DNA from: a virus
Lineage: Duplodnaviria; Heunggongvirae; Uroviricota; Caudoviricetes; Demerecviridae
Virus record (IMG/VR): IMGVR_UViG_2974620381_000001
Location: 48,928 to 112,927 of that record
Strand: one strand, 5' to 3'
DNA length: 64,000 bases
The notes under the pieces are model-generated. The model did no database searches, was not told the DNA's origin, and saw only the letters and a program-made list of their open reading frames with translations. Both the position numbers and the translations under genes were made by a program. Shown here piece after piece: positions 8,964 through 19,046 of this stretch (position 1 is the first letter of the stretch; the number at the start of each line of letters is the position of its first letter).

Positions 8964-11592
8964 CTAGCTCTGACATTGCTTCATCATGCATATGTTTTTC
9001 CTCGTCAGTCATGAACTTATAAGGAATTGGCATACACTCGATTTTACAATAGGTTCTGTACCAGTCTACAATATTTTCAGTGTTCATATCCTTACCAATA
9101 CCCATCATACCAAGATACATTCTAGCATATTTTGGGTTAGCACTCTGACCTGTTTTAAGGAAGAAGTCTTTCTTCTTACCTTTCAGAGCCTCTATGAATG
9201 GTTTAATGGTCACATTTGAACACTTCTTAATATCTTCCCAGAACATCTCGTGCATTTTATGGAAGAATGCAGCTCGATCATTCGGTTTATCCTTAATATA
9301 CTGTTCAACATGCTCAACTGTTACATCTTTAATAGACTCAAGATGATAATAACGAACAAGAAGTAGTTTAGCTTCATACGCATCCGCATGACGTGGAGCA
9401 CAATAATCCGGAGTTGAATGTAGAATAGCTTTAATTCGCTCTTCTGTGTACTCTTTACCAGCACCTTCAATAGTTCCCCAGCTTTCGCTGAAAATATCAA
9501 TAGTTGCACCCTGATCAAGCAAGTAATAACGTAAAGTACTAGTATAGTTTCTAGATTCCAACTCTCTACGACGTGCGTATAATTGCTGTGCTAACTCCAG
9601 CCAACCTTCATCAATATTATATTGTTCAGAACCTGCGGAGAATCCACTAGTGGATTTATCAATAAAATAATAGATATTTTGAGCACCACGGTCGCGCCTG
9701 ATTGCTTGGAAACGCATGTTTGGCGCTTGATTACTGGTTCTAGTAATAACAAATACATTATCGAAATAGTTAAAGTCAACACCACTCGTTACGGATGGGC
9801 TACATAATAAGCAATCAATTTGTTGATCAATTAGCTCATTAGTTGTATAATCCAGAATACGTCGAATATCCACATCTGAGGTAGAGTTTGAATGGATTTC
9901 CTTAACTAACGCACCCGTATTACGACGCAGTGCCATACCCTTCTCATTCAGCTCATCAGGACCACAATCAGATACTAGAATAGATTTCTCACCCATCTCT
10001 AGAGAAGTCTGAAGTGCAACCCAAATACTGGATTCATCAGGGAACTCATAAGCATGAGCTTTTGACAGCATCTTACGATGATGATTATAAAATGCGACAG
10101 GTTTATCAAACTCAATCAAAGAACCATATGCTTCAATTGTTTCTGCACTAATATCACCATCAGATAATATAATTATTTTCGCAGTTGCAAGAATATCCCG
10201 AAGAACCTGAATACATTCGCGACGTTGCTTAACAACCGGGGCGAATAATAGGTCATTCATTACTGCATCACATTCATCGATAAAGATTGCATCAATTTGA
10301 CCAATAAAACTCTTGAATTTATGCAAAGAGTGAATAGTTGTGGACATACGGTCAATAGCACCGCGCTTAAAATTAAGCATATCTACAGACTTATCATATT
10401 GTCCTGCACTAAATTTCTTAGCATTTGAAGATACCAGTGCTCGAGTATTGGTAATTGCTAAGAAATTACCCTTAATAACTCCCGAATCTAACCAACGCAC
10501 AACCGCCGTAGTTTTACCTGTACCTAGACTTGCTTTTACAAAAGTCATATAACCTTCTGGTGGTACAGTATTTAATTTCAAGAAGTTATCAGTCTCTAGA
10601 GAGTTAGTTTCTAGCTTTTTAAGTGGAATACCTTTTAAAACATCCGGTATATCACGTTTAGAATTATTAACAAACGCTTTCAGAGCCTGCTTACGACCGT
10701 TGTTAAAGTAGTCTTGAATATTACGACTATTATCTTTAGTTGCAATATACTCTGATAAGGCTGGGCGGATTTCTTTTTCTAGCCATGCAAAATCAACACC
10801 ATCCTCTAAAGCCCTGTGATAGAGTTTAGGAATAATACGTAGATACACTCCATCCTCAGCTTCTTCTAGTTCGCTGATAGTTTCCTCTACTTTATCAGAG
10901 GCAGCCTTTTTACCTTTAATTTGATCGAGTAAGGAGTAAAATTCCTCTTTAAACTCTCCTCTAGTTGTTTCATAGTCAACTAGATTATTAGGTAAATTTA
11001 CCTTCGAACCTTTAACAAATACCAGACGTGAAGCACCCTCCGCCTTAAACGGATCGACTATACCATCAGTAAATAAAGGATCAGCAAAGTAATGGAGCTG
11101 TACGGAAGAGTAATAAGCTAAGTCGGCAATATCAAAGCCATACTTTTGTCTACTACTTTCGTTGATAGATGTAAATAAGAACTTGATTTGACCCTGAGTT
11201 ACTTTAACATTAGATTCTAGTATTAAGTGCATTCGGATACCTGGTTTTAGGCCAGCCGAAGATGATGCATGAGCGATAAACCCTGCATCAAGAGGAAACA
11301 TATCCTCACTAATACTATTTAACATTCTAATAATATGTCGAGCCATGCCAACAAGATCAAACTTGTTACAACCACCTGTATCTACAATACCATCCACGTC
11401 CATTGCAATTATATGACTTGGGTTAGATACATTAAAGTTGCCCTTCTTACGTCGCACATTATTTTTAGGTGCAAGACATCGACCTCGTACCGCAACGATA
11501 TGAGGGTCAGACGTTAAACGTCTCATAAGAGGGAGCATTTCTACTAGGGTTTGAGGATCAACTTCATCAATTACATCAAACTTGAAGGGCAT
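8938..11592 (-). CDS. SF2 helicase with N-terminal primase-polymerase-like region; putative replication origin-binding protein
   Basis: Walker A SLGTGKTTAV, Walker B/DExx FIDECD, N-terminal AMDVDG acidic motif; in-frame ORF extends upstream to 11925 but first ~110 codons atypical, so start set at MPFKFDV (complement 11590-11592). Confidence 0.6.
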   Translation of the reverse strand: MPFKFDVIDEVDPQTLVEMLPLMRRLTSDPHIVAVRGRCLAPKNNVRRKKGNFNVSNPSHIIAMDVDGIVDTGGCNKFDLVGMARHIIRMLNSISEDMFPLDAGFIAHASSSAGLKPGIRMHLILESNVKVTQGQIKFLFTSINESSRQKYGFDIADLAYYSSVQLHYFADPLFTDGIVDPFKAEGASRLVFVKGSKVNLPNNLVDYETTRGEFKEEFYSLLDQIKGKKAASDKVEETISELEEAEDGVYLRIIPKLYHRALEDGVDFAWLEKEIRPALSEYIATKDNSRNIQDYFNNGRKQALKAFVNNSKRDIPDVLKGIPLKKLETNSLETDNFLKLNTVPPEGYMTFVKASLGTGKTTAVVRWLDSGVIKGNFLAITNTRALVSSNAKKFSAGQYDKSVDMLNFKRGAIDRMSTTIHSLHKFKSFIGQIDAIFIDECDAVMNDLLFAPVVKQRRECIQVLRDILATAKIIILSDGDISAETIEAYGSLIEFDKPVAFYNHHRKMLSKAHAYEFPDESSIWVALQTSLEMGEKSILVSDCGPDELNEKGMALRRNTGALVKEIHSNSTSDVDIRRILDYTTNELIDQQIDCLLCSPSVTSGVDFNYFDNVFVITRTSNQAPNMRFQAIRRDRGAQNIYYFIDKSTSGFSAGSEQYNIDEGWLELAQQLYARRRELESRNYTSTLRYYLLDQGATIDIFSESWGTIEGAGKEYTEERIKAILHSTPDYCAPRHADAYEAKLLLVRYYHLESIKDVTVEHVEQYIKDKPNDRAAFFHKMHEMFWEDIKKCSNVTIKPFIEALKGKKKDFFLKTGQSANPKYARMYLGMMGIGKDMNTENIVDWYRTYCKIECMPIPYKFMTDEEKHMHDEAMSELGARNDSEE

Positions 11593-12194
11593 TGAAGCTG
11601 GTTTACCTTCAGGATGCTTTGAGGAAAATCTTTTAGCAAAAAGATAGTCTTCTGCTTTAACTTCTCGCCAATTGCCTGTGGCTAAATCGCGATGAAATCC
11701 TGCATGACCTTGTAGGATTGAAAACACAACAATACTCCTGTGTTGGAAATGAAATAAGTTTTCTTTAGGACTATTCAGAAAGAATAGAACAACTGTTACT
11801 GTCAATTTCTCAACAATTAATCGCAAATACTGAAGGGGGGTGGCAACTTCCCCTTTCACGCTACACTGCCGCTTCACTATACCGCACAAATCCTTGAGGA
11901 TGGCCGCTAAGCCAGATTTGCTCACCTAATGCTTCATGTACTAGCTCATACTAGATGTAGTATACCTTACGTCATCACTTCTCAGAGTTTTTCACTCTTC
12001 CCGTCTCACTTCACAACCACCTCACACTAGGTTGCTTCGAGGCCTTACCAGGGTTCCTACGGGATGTAGATCGCTAAGTATTCTATTAACTATTTGTTTA
12101 AAAACTAACACGTAACAGTTAAAACAACCCTTAATGGGGCAGCCTAACTGTTCCGTATCGCGGATTGTAAACAAGAAAAATTAGCAAAATCAAT

Positions 12195-12250
12195 TTTTAC
12201 TAATGTCTCTCAATTCAATATAAATATTATACCAAGATTTTGGGCATCAT
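12195..12250 (-). promoter_or_regulatory. T5-type promoter (minus strand) ~270-600 nt upstream of the SF2 helicase gene
   Basis: Reverse complement reads TTGCATGATGCCCAAAATCTTGGTATAATATTTAT. Confidence 0.5.
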
Positions 12251-12330
12251 GCAAGTAAAATTTTCCGGATGGTGCTATCATTGGTCTTGAGTACGGATAA
12301 AACCGAGCCAAAATGACTCGGTTATGTGGA

Positions 12331-12528
12331 TTAGACACTTAAAATACTTCTAATCTCTTCTATATACTTATCTACTTTTTTAGCATCTACTTTACTTAGT
12401 TTTCCTATATCAAAACTAGAATCAGTAAACATTCTAGCTATCTCTATCTCTAGAGACTTACTAATTTTCCCTGTAGTATTCCACTTAGAAATCTTACCTT
12501 TTATTTTCCAAAATTCCTTATTCATCAT
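12331..12528 (-). CDS. hypothetical protein
   Basis: 65-aa ORF. Confidence 0.35.
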   Translation of the reverse strand: MMNKEFWKIKGKISKWNTTGKISKSLEIEIARMFTDSSFDIGKLSKVDAKKVDKYIEEIRSILSV

Positions 12529-12910
12529 TTAATCCCGGAACATAAATCCCAACACGATTTAATTGTTCTTTAGCTTCTGTGAGAGTATCTGGAGTGTACT
12601 CCCAAATATCACCTTCCACCTGTAAAAGATGGGGCGAACAACCATCATCAGGCACACGACATATGGCCAAACCACGTGGATGGAACAAAGAGAAATTTAG
12701 TGCAACAATTAAACCCATAGCAGACAACTCATTCCAATCCAATTCCCATTCCCTAGCGTAGCCTGATAGGAAAACACCAATACAGGGATCGTCTATTTGC
12801 TGCTCCGGAAAAGTGAAGGAGGCTTGTCTTACCCCCAACCAACGTTGTAGCAGCTTCTCCGCACGCTTCACCAAACTAGGATCAATCTGACGCCAGTATA
12901 CTTGTTCCAT
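12518..12910 (-). CDS. hypothetical protein (paralog of 12920-13348)
   Basis: 130 aa; shares PCIG...MGL[IV][VF]ALN...PGL motifs with the adjacent gene. Confidence 0.5.
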   Translation of the reverse strand: MEQVYWRQIDPSLVKRAEKLLQRWLGVRQASFTFPEQQIDDPCIGVFLSGYAREWELDWNELSAMGLIVALNFSLFHPRGLAICRVPDDGCSPHLLQVEGDIWEYTPDTLTEAKEQLNRVGIYVPGLNDE

Positions 12911-12919
12911 TATGCCTCC

Positions 12920-13348
12920 TTAGGCAGTTAAACCTGGAATTTGATAACCAAAACGGCGAAGTTTTTGGATACCATCATTTACTTCTTCCGGTGAGTAAGA
13001 CCAACCATAACGTTCATTAACCTGAAAACCAGGAGATTCACTAGTTTTATAGTTAACAACGAGGCGATGCTTAGCAGGCATAAACAGCTTATAGTTTAAC
13101 GCAAAAACTAAGCCCATTTCATCTAACTCTTTCCAGCCGACAATTTCTTCAAGACCATCCTCTACCTGCACAATTAAACCAATACAGGGAGCCTCATCAA
13201 TATCATCTTTAAAAGCAAAGGAGATTTCGTTATTCTCACACCATATTTTCAAAGAGTTAATAGCCTCATTATACAGGCTGGCTGGGAGAGTACGCCAAAA
13301 GTTAACCAAAATTGGGTTAGCTTCTTTAGAGAGTACATTATTGAACAT
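12920..13348 (-). CDS. hypothetical protein (paralog of 12518-12910)
   Basis: 142 aa; tandem duplicate. Confidence 0.5.
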   Translation of the reverse strand: MFNNVLSKEANPILVNFWRTLPASLYNEAINSLKIWCENNEISFAFKDDIDEAPCIGLIVQVEDGLEEIVGWKELDEMGLVFALNYKLFMPAKHRLVVNYKTSESPGFQVNERYGWSYSPEEVNDGIQKLRRFGYQIPGLTA

Positions 13349-13350
13349 AT

Positions 13351-13857
13351 TTACACCTTAAATTGTTGTAAGGATTTACACATTTCAAGATCTGGGCTAA
13401 ATTCTAGCATATAGCTAACAGCTTTTAAATCTTGAAGATTTATCCCAGTCCTACCGTTGACTATAACTGTTGGATACTGATACATCATAGCACCCGCATC
13501 ATCAAGTACACACCAATGTTTGAGCTTATACTTTTCAACGAAACGAAGAACAGAATTACCCCTAGATAATCCACCTCCAGTAAAATCCGTTGTACCAAGA
13601 AAACGATCGATAAGACCTAATCTGGTCATAATCTGAACGTTCTCCATCTCATTTCTAACAGAGAACCAAGATGATACTCCAACAATCATTATCGGAGAAG
13701 GATGAATAAAGTCCTGAAAAGCTTTGAGAAGCGGTTTGAAAACCCAGTCACTTCCAAAGAAAATCTTTTCATCGTCAGGTGCATGGTGGTGGGAGATGCT
13801 CGAATTGAGCACCCCATCAATGTCTAGAAAAATAATCGGAGTATTACTTATTTCCAC
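13351..13857 (-). CDS. HAD-superfamily phosphatase
   Basis: 168 aa; HAD motif I IIFLDIDGVLN at N-terminus. Confidence 0.55.
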   Translation of the reverse strand: MEISNTPIIFLDIDGVLNSSISHHHAPDDEKIFFGSDWVFKPLLKAFQDFIHPSPIMIVGVSSWFSVRNEMENVQIMTRLGLIDRFLGTTDFTGGGLSRGNSVLRFVEKYKLKHWCVLDDAGAMMYQYPTVIVNGRTGINLQDLKAVSYMLEFSPDLEMCKSLQQFKV

Positions 13858-14026
13858 TTTTGTCCCTTTCTAAGAACGTATCATACTCAACCGTATCAAC
13901 ATATATGACACCATAGTCATCGGATTTATAGTCCATTTCCCACAGCTCACAGCGATAGCACCAACTACCGTCCGCCCATACAAATATATCATCGGGGTGT
14001 GTATATACAGATTTAACTATGGACAT
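13844..14026 (-). CDS. hypothetical protein
   Basis: 60-aa ORF. Confidence 0.35.
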   Translation of the reverse strand: MSIVKSVYTHPDDIFVWADGSWCYRCELWEMDYKSDDYGVIYVDTVEYDTFLERDKSGNK

Positions 14027-14841
14027 ATTTGTTTCCCCGGCATATAAGGCCTACCCTCTAGATGAGCTTCTACACGAGCAATAAAATCAGGGTCACTGAA
14101 GGCATCTACAGCCCCTTTACTCCAGTAAGGGATACCACGTTCTTCCAACTGGTACATCTCACTACGAGTCATGCCTTGATAGCCCGGTTCCGCTGCTAGG
14201 GCACTATCATAGTAGTTAACAACCATTAGCTTGGCAGCAGTACGGTTAAGAATAGGAAATAGTTCCCAGTAGAAGTTAATTACTTGGTTAGAGCAACCAA
14301 CCACAATGATCATATCTTGACTGGTAATACCATCAAAAACATTGTACATTTCTGCATACTCTGGAGCATGTTCCCCAAAGAAGATTACATTAGGTTTAAC
14401 CCATTTATAATCATCTGGGTCAATAGAATTGTACCCTACATCAATAACTCGTTTATTGCTACTATTGTAGCTGTCAGCTACAACAACCTCTTTTAAATAT
14501 CCGTGAATGTGCAGAATGTCACTATGTGAAACGCCAGCACGCTCAATAAGGTCATCAACGTTGGTAGTCAAATTTACTACCTGACCGGGGTATTGTTTAT
14601 ACCACTCACCAATACGAAGATGCGCAAGATTGGGTTCAACAGTTTTTAGCTCTTCACGTCGCTTGTTGTAAAACATATGGGTTTTATGATAAAAATTACC
14701 ACGAAAGGCATGAATATTACATACTTCTTCTAGATCATAATCATCCCACAATGCTTTACCACTAGCAGTATCAGTACGAAAGGCTCGTACACCACTTTCA
14801 ACGCTCAAACCCGCACCGCTAATAATAATTAATCTACGCAT
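14017..14841 (-). CDS. Sir2-family (sirtuin-like) NAD-dependent protein
   Basis: 274 aa; GAGLSVESGVRAFR (GAGIS-ESGIP-FR), TNVDDL (TQNID-L), HG and FFGE motifs of sirtuin catalytic core; no obvious Zn tetrad. Confidence 0.65.
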   Translation of the reverse strand: MRRLIIISGAGLSVESGVRAFRTDTASGKALWDDYDLEEVCNIHAFRGNFYHKTHMFYNKRREELKTVEPNLAHLRIGEWYKQYPGQVVNLTTNVDDLIERAGVSHSDILHIHGYLKEVVVADSYNSSNKRVIDVGYNSIDPDDYKWVKPNVIFFGEHAPEYAEMYNVFDGITSQDMIIVVGCSNQVINFYWELFPILNRTAAKLMVVNYYDSALAAEPGYQGMTRSEMYQLEERGIPYWSKGAVDAFSDPDFIARVEAHLEGRPYMPGKQICP

Positions 14842-15055
14842 TTTTCACCTGTTCTCTGAAGTTTTGCCCAATACTGTCTAATAACTCAGCTAATTCTTTA
14901 TTGCCTTTCTCCATTAAGGTATTAGCAATAACTTCTAGCATAGTAGCGCAGGATTCAACACCATTCTTATAGCCAGTTTCCCAATGCTGCATTAATGCGT
15001 TTTCCAAAGCGGAGTTTAAACCCTTATCTGGTAGCATCGGCTTCGAGAATACCAT
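14834..15055 (-). CDS. hypothetical protein
   Basis: 73-aa ORF. Confidence 0.4.
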   Translation of the reverse strand: MVFSKPMLPDKGLNSALENALMQHWETGYKNGVESCATMLEVIANTLMEKGNKELAELLDSIGQNFREQVKNA

Positions 15056-15248
15056 AAAGTTTCTCCTCTAATTCCATAACACGATTTTCATAAGAAGCAC
15101 GCAACTTTTCAATTGCCAGCGCACGCACCGTAACCTCATTAGAATTAATAGCTAATTGGGCCAGATCTTCTGTTTCCATACGTCCGTTGTAAATTAAGCG
15201 ATATTTAAGGTGTTTCACATTCTTAGTCATTATTAAACTCCACTGCAA
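15024..15248 (-). CDS. hypothetical protein
   Basis: 74-aa ORF. Confidence 0.4.
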   Translation of the reverse strand: MQWSLIMTKNVKHLKYRLIYNGRMETEDLAQLAINSNEVTVRALAIEKLRASYENRVMELEEKLYGILEADATR

Positions 15249-15603
15249 CGGTTTCTAGGTCTTCGTCAGAAAAACTAGAGTATATATCTTTAAGATACTG
15301 TTTAATACTCCAAGTAATATCTTCGTACCCATTGGGGCTACGTTGGTATACTTTTAACACTCTATTATACACAAATTCAAGATTACATTTTACTTCATCT
15401 CTGTCTTCATCAAACAAGCAATATGGGTTATAAGGCGATACATCTAGATTTGTTCCCACCCAATCGCCAATAATGGTAGGGTATGCAACACCCTCTATAT
15501 GCGAGTAATCACCTGTGGCAGCAAAGACAGCCTCAGCAATATCATCCACACCCAGATGGAAATCACCACATGTAGATTCAACTATATAGGGCTTTAATTC
15601 CAT
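15223..15603 (-). CDS. hypothetical protein
   Basis: 126-aa ORF; T5-type promoter on minus strand at ~15615-15660. Confidence 0.45.
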   Translation of the reverse strand: MELKPYIVESTCGDFHLGVDDIAEAVFAATGDYSHIEGVAYPTIIGDWVGTNLDVSPYNPYCLFDEDRDEVKCNLEFVYNRVLKVYQRSPNGYEDITWSIKQYLKDIYSSFSDEDLETVAVEFNND

Positions 15604-15702
15604 ATCTTTCTCCTCTCAAATTTATAAATCTATTATATATAAATTTTTGGCTGAAAGCAAATAAAATAAAAGCCAGGTCGACTAGCAACCCGGCTGATTA
15701 GC

Positions 15703-17577
15703 TTACTTAGCTCGAATATCCTGATGCTTCACTCTACCCATCACCTCGTGCTGTTTGCCAGGGTTAAATGGACGAGCACCCGGATTTCCAAGATACCCAC
15801 AAACTCGACGAGTTACTTCAAGAGTTTCGGGGTCATGGTTACCACAGATAGGGCACTTAAACCCATCTTCGGATGCTATTGTTTCGCCTAAGAATCCACA
15901 TTTACCACAAGAATCCACTGGAGTATTAATACCGAAGTAATGAACTTTACTAGCAGCATAATTAATAACCCATTCCAGTGCATCTGGGAATCGTTTCATA
16001 TCTGGTAGTTCTACATAGGAAATGCACCCACCAGAAGCAATAGGCGTAAAGTTAGATTCATAATCAAATTTCACATTGGGAGCAACCTTACGTTCTACAT
16101 CAAGGTGGTGCGAGTTAGTGTAGTATCCTTTAGACAGAATATCTTCATGCTCAGGGAAATATTCGCGGTCTAGACGACAAAAACGGTCACATAGGGATTC
16201 TGATGGTGTAGCATACAGGCTATAACCTAACTTAGTTTCTTCCTTCTTCTGATCGACTCTATCCCGCATGTACTGCAATACACGCTGAACAAACTTGATG
16301 CAGGTCTCGGACATTGTGTCTACATCTTTGCCAAACATGAACTGTAGCATTTCATGGCAACCAATATACCCTAGAGATACAGAAGCACGGTTATAGAAAT
16401 GATCGAATACATATTCATCAGGTCCTAAGCGTAATCCAAAGGCTCCTGACATATAGAGGATGGGCGCGGCTTTAGCTTGAATGTATTTTAAGCGATCAAC
16501 TCTCCACTCCAATGCTTTTAACGCTGTATCCACACGTAGCTCAAGCAAATCAAAGAATAGATCAATATTCCCTTCAGCTTCGATAGCAATTCTAGGCAAG
16601 TTTACAGAAACAACACCTAAGTTATTACGACCTGCAGTTTCACCATCTTCTGTAGCAGCTAGGAATGAACGGCAGCCCATAGAAACTTTGTAGTCTCCAG
16701 TAACTTCTACAACTTTGTCATAGCTGATATAATCTGGATACATACGTTCAGCAGTACATTTCATAGCTAACTTCTTGATGTCATAATTAACATCTCCTGG
16801 TTTCATATTTACTCCATCACGAAGTACAAATACCAGTTTCGGGAAGATAGCTGTACGTTTATTGATACCTAAACCATCCATACGTACTTTCAGTATTGCT
16901 TTCTGTACTAGACGAGCTTCCCAAGAAGTTCCTAGACCAAAACCAAAGGTAATAAATGGACTCTGGCCATTAGAGTTGAACATCGTATTGATCTCATACT
17001 CTAGACCCTGACAAGCATCATAGACTTCTTTTTCAGTCATCTCCGTAGCCATTACGGATGCTTTGGCCTCATCCTTAGTCCAACGTTTTGCAAACGCATG
17101 ATTTTTGTCATAGGATTTACGAACATAAGGGGCTAATACTTCATCTAATCGGTCTACAGAAGTACCACCATACTGATGGGAGCTAACCTGAGTGATAATC
17201 TGAGCAGTAATAGCCGCCGCAGTAGTGATAGAGTTTGGAGTGCTAATTTCAGCATTACCAACCTTCATACCATTCTTCAACATATCTTCCAGAGCTACCA
17301 GGCAACAGTTAGTCATGCCTAATGCAGCATAATCAGCATCATGGAAATGAATATCTCCAATCATATGAGCATTTCGAATCTGAATTGGCATTTCTTCTAG
17401 AATTAGATACTTACTCAATTCACCTGCAAGCATATCCCTTTGTGTAGGGAAACGTTCTGAGGGTTTATTAGCATTATTGAACAGCAGCTCTTCATCTGCT
17501 GACCCTTCGATAATCTCTTTGCAGTTTCTAATTAACGCCTGCATTTCTTTATATTTTAGTTCTTCATTACGATTCAT
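15703..17577 (-). CDS. nrdD: anaerobic ribonucleoside-triphosphate reductase (class III RNR)
   Basis: 624 aa; C-terminal glycyl-radical motif RVCGYLG, Zn-ribbon CGKCGF...CPICG; consensus sigma70 promoter TTGACA-17-TATAAT on minus strand at 17607-17635. Confidence 0.9.
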   Translation of the reverse strand: MNRNEELKYKEMQALIRNCKEIIEGSADEELLFNNANKPSERFPTQRDMLAGELSKYLILEEMPIQIRNAHMIGDIHFHDADYAALGMTNCCLVALEDMLKNGMKVGNAEISTPNSITTAAAITAQIITQVSSHQYGGTSVDRLDEVLAPYVRKSYDKNHAFAKRWTKDEAKASVMATEMTEKEVYDACQGLEYEINTMFNSNGQSPFITFGFGLGTSWEARLVQKAILKVRMDGLGINKRTAIFPKLVFVLRDGVNMKPGDVNYDIKKLAMKCTAERMYPDYISYDKVVEVTGDYKVSMGCRSFLAATEDGETAGRNNLGVVSVNLPRIAIEAEGNIDLFFDLLELRVDTALKALEWRVDRLKYIQAKAAPILYMSGAFGLRLGPDEYVFDHFYNRASVSLGYIGCHEMLQFMFGKDVDTMSETCIKFVQRVLQYMRDRVDQKKEETKLGYSLYATPSESLCDRFCRLDREYFPEHEDILSKGYYTNSHHLDVERKVAPNVKFDYESNFTPIASGGCISYVELPDMKRFPDALEWVINYAASKVHYFGINTPVDSCGKCGFLGETIASEDGFKCPICGNHDPETLEVTRRVCGYLGNPGARPFNPGKQHEVMGRVKHQDIRAK

Positions 17578-17606
17578 TACACCCTCCTTCTCTAACTAAG
17601 ACTACT

Positions 17607-17635
17607 ATTATAACTCATTCGAGGGCGGATGTCAA
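17607..17635 (-). promoter_or_regulatory. consensus sigma70 promoter TTGACA-17-TATAAT for nrdD
   Basis: Perfect hexamers on minus strand 30-60 nt upstream of nrdD start. Confidence 0.65.
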
Positions 17636-17827
17636 CAATATTTTACTATAAAGTTCTGTAACATGATCTGAGTCAAAAAATTTTATTTGCCAATCTCTAT
17701 TAAAAATTGTATAATCACGCACTCGTGCACGCGATATAAAATGATTATCTAGTATCACACATCTCACGTTAAAAGCAAGCAAATTTTTTATTTAAATGCA
17801 ATATCATAGGCTTATTTAAAATTGTAG

Positions 17828-17856
17828 TTGCTTTTTACTGTATATATTGGTATAAT
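17828..17856 (+). promoter_or_regulatory. T5-type early promoter (TTGCTT-17-TATAAT) upstream of phoH
   Basis: Exact -35/-10 with 17-bp spacer and TATAATAtATT extended -10; a second copy TTGCCA-17-TATAAT at ~17675-17703. Confidence 0.65.
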
Positions 17857-17929
17857 ATATTTGTAAGTTGATAAACAAGATCTTTTTGTTGATCCTCTGT
17901 TAGCGAAGTACACTATAGGAGTGTTATTT

Positions 17930-18682
17930 ATGGGAAAAGCACGTCAAAAAAGAGAGAACCGCAATGGTTCAAGAAAGCGTGGCAACAAATATGAGAATAA
18001 CGTAATTCAGGCTGATTTTTCTAATGATTACGCTAACCCAGTTGCTAAATCCCTAGTAGGTAAAAACCGCGAGCAAAAATCATATATCAATATGATCAAG
18101 AACAACACAGTGACTGTGGGTATCGGTGAGCCAGGTACTGGTAAAACCTTTATTCCGTCCGTTCTTGCAGCTCAGGAACTCGTAGACATTCACTCAGATA
18201 TTGAGCAAGTGATTCTCGTACGTCCTAATGAACCTCTAGGTAAGTCTCTTGGTATGCTTCCTGGTGATCTAGCGGAAAAGCTAGAGCCTTGGTTGGAGCC
18301 AATAGCTGATGGTATGAAATGGGCCATTGGTGATCATGCATATAAAGGATATGTCGAACGTCAGAAAATTAAATTTTTGGCTGTCGAACATGCTCGTGGC
18401 AGAACTTTCAACAACTCCTATGTAATTGTCGATGAAGCTCAGAATATTTCCGTTGAGGCAATGATTTGTCTCCTAACCCGTGTAGGACAAGACTGCCGTT
18501 TAATTATCTGCGGAGATATAGCTCAGAAAGACATTAAAGGTGACTCAGGTCTAGCACTCCTTATGGAAGTCTATGAGAAATACGAAAATGCCCCATTCTC
18601 AATGATTGAATTGATTGATAATGTTCGTTCTGTTGAGTCTAAAGCATTCTATGATATTTTTAAAGACATGGGGAAGGTGTAA
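17930..18682 (+). CDS. phoH: PhoH-like ATPase
   Basis: Walker A GEPGTGKT, Walker B VIVDEAQN; start moved to ATG 17930 after TAGGAG. Confidence 0.85.
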   Translation: MGKARQKRENRNGSRKRGNKYENNVIQADFSNDYANPVAKSLVGKNREQKSYINMIKNNTVTVGIGEPGTGKTFIPSVLAAQELVDIHSDIEQVILVRPNEPLGKSLGMLPGDLAEKLEPWLEPIADGMKWAIGDHAYKGYVERQKIKFLAVEHARGRTFNNSYVIVDEAQNISVEAMICLLTRVGQDCRLIICGDIAQKDIKGDSGLALLMEVYEKYENAPFSMIELIDNVRSVESKAFYDIFKDMGKV

Positions 18683-18683
18683 T

Positions 18684-18905
18684 ATGGGAAACGTCGTTCA
18701 TCTGAGCCGTAAAACTAAAATACATCGTACCTCACTGAGTGCTGCTAATATGATTACACGTAAGGAAGGGGAAGAAAGTCCTAAGACAACCCTAGCGTGG
18801 AAAATTGTAACCTCAAACCCAAATAAACCATTCAATTATAACGAGCTGAGCACCTCCATAGATATTCTATTAAAAGAAGTAGCTAAAGCTAAAGTAATTG
18901 AATAA
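18684..18905 (+). CDS. hypothetical protein
   Basis: 73 aa; ATG 4 nt after phoH stop with AAGGTG SD. Confidence 0.45.
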   Translation: MGNVVHLSRKTKIHRTSLSAANMITRKEGEESPKTTLAWKIVTSNPNKPFNYNELSTSIDILLKEVAKAKVIE

Positions 18906-19046
18906 GCTAAAAAGCTAGACTGGTAATATACAGGCCTGGGTATGAAAATACTCGGGCCTTTTCTATCAGAAAATTTTATTTGCCTAATGACCGATAATAA
19001 AGTAGAATATTCCTTAAATCCTGATAACTATAAAAAGGAAAGCCAA

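Noticed and set aside
8938-11925. Full-length 995-aa version of the helicase ORF
   Set aside because: Kept as a possibility, but the first ~110 codons lack an SD and look compositionally atypical. The shorter start is preferred.
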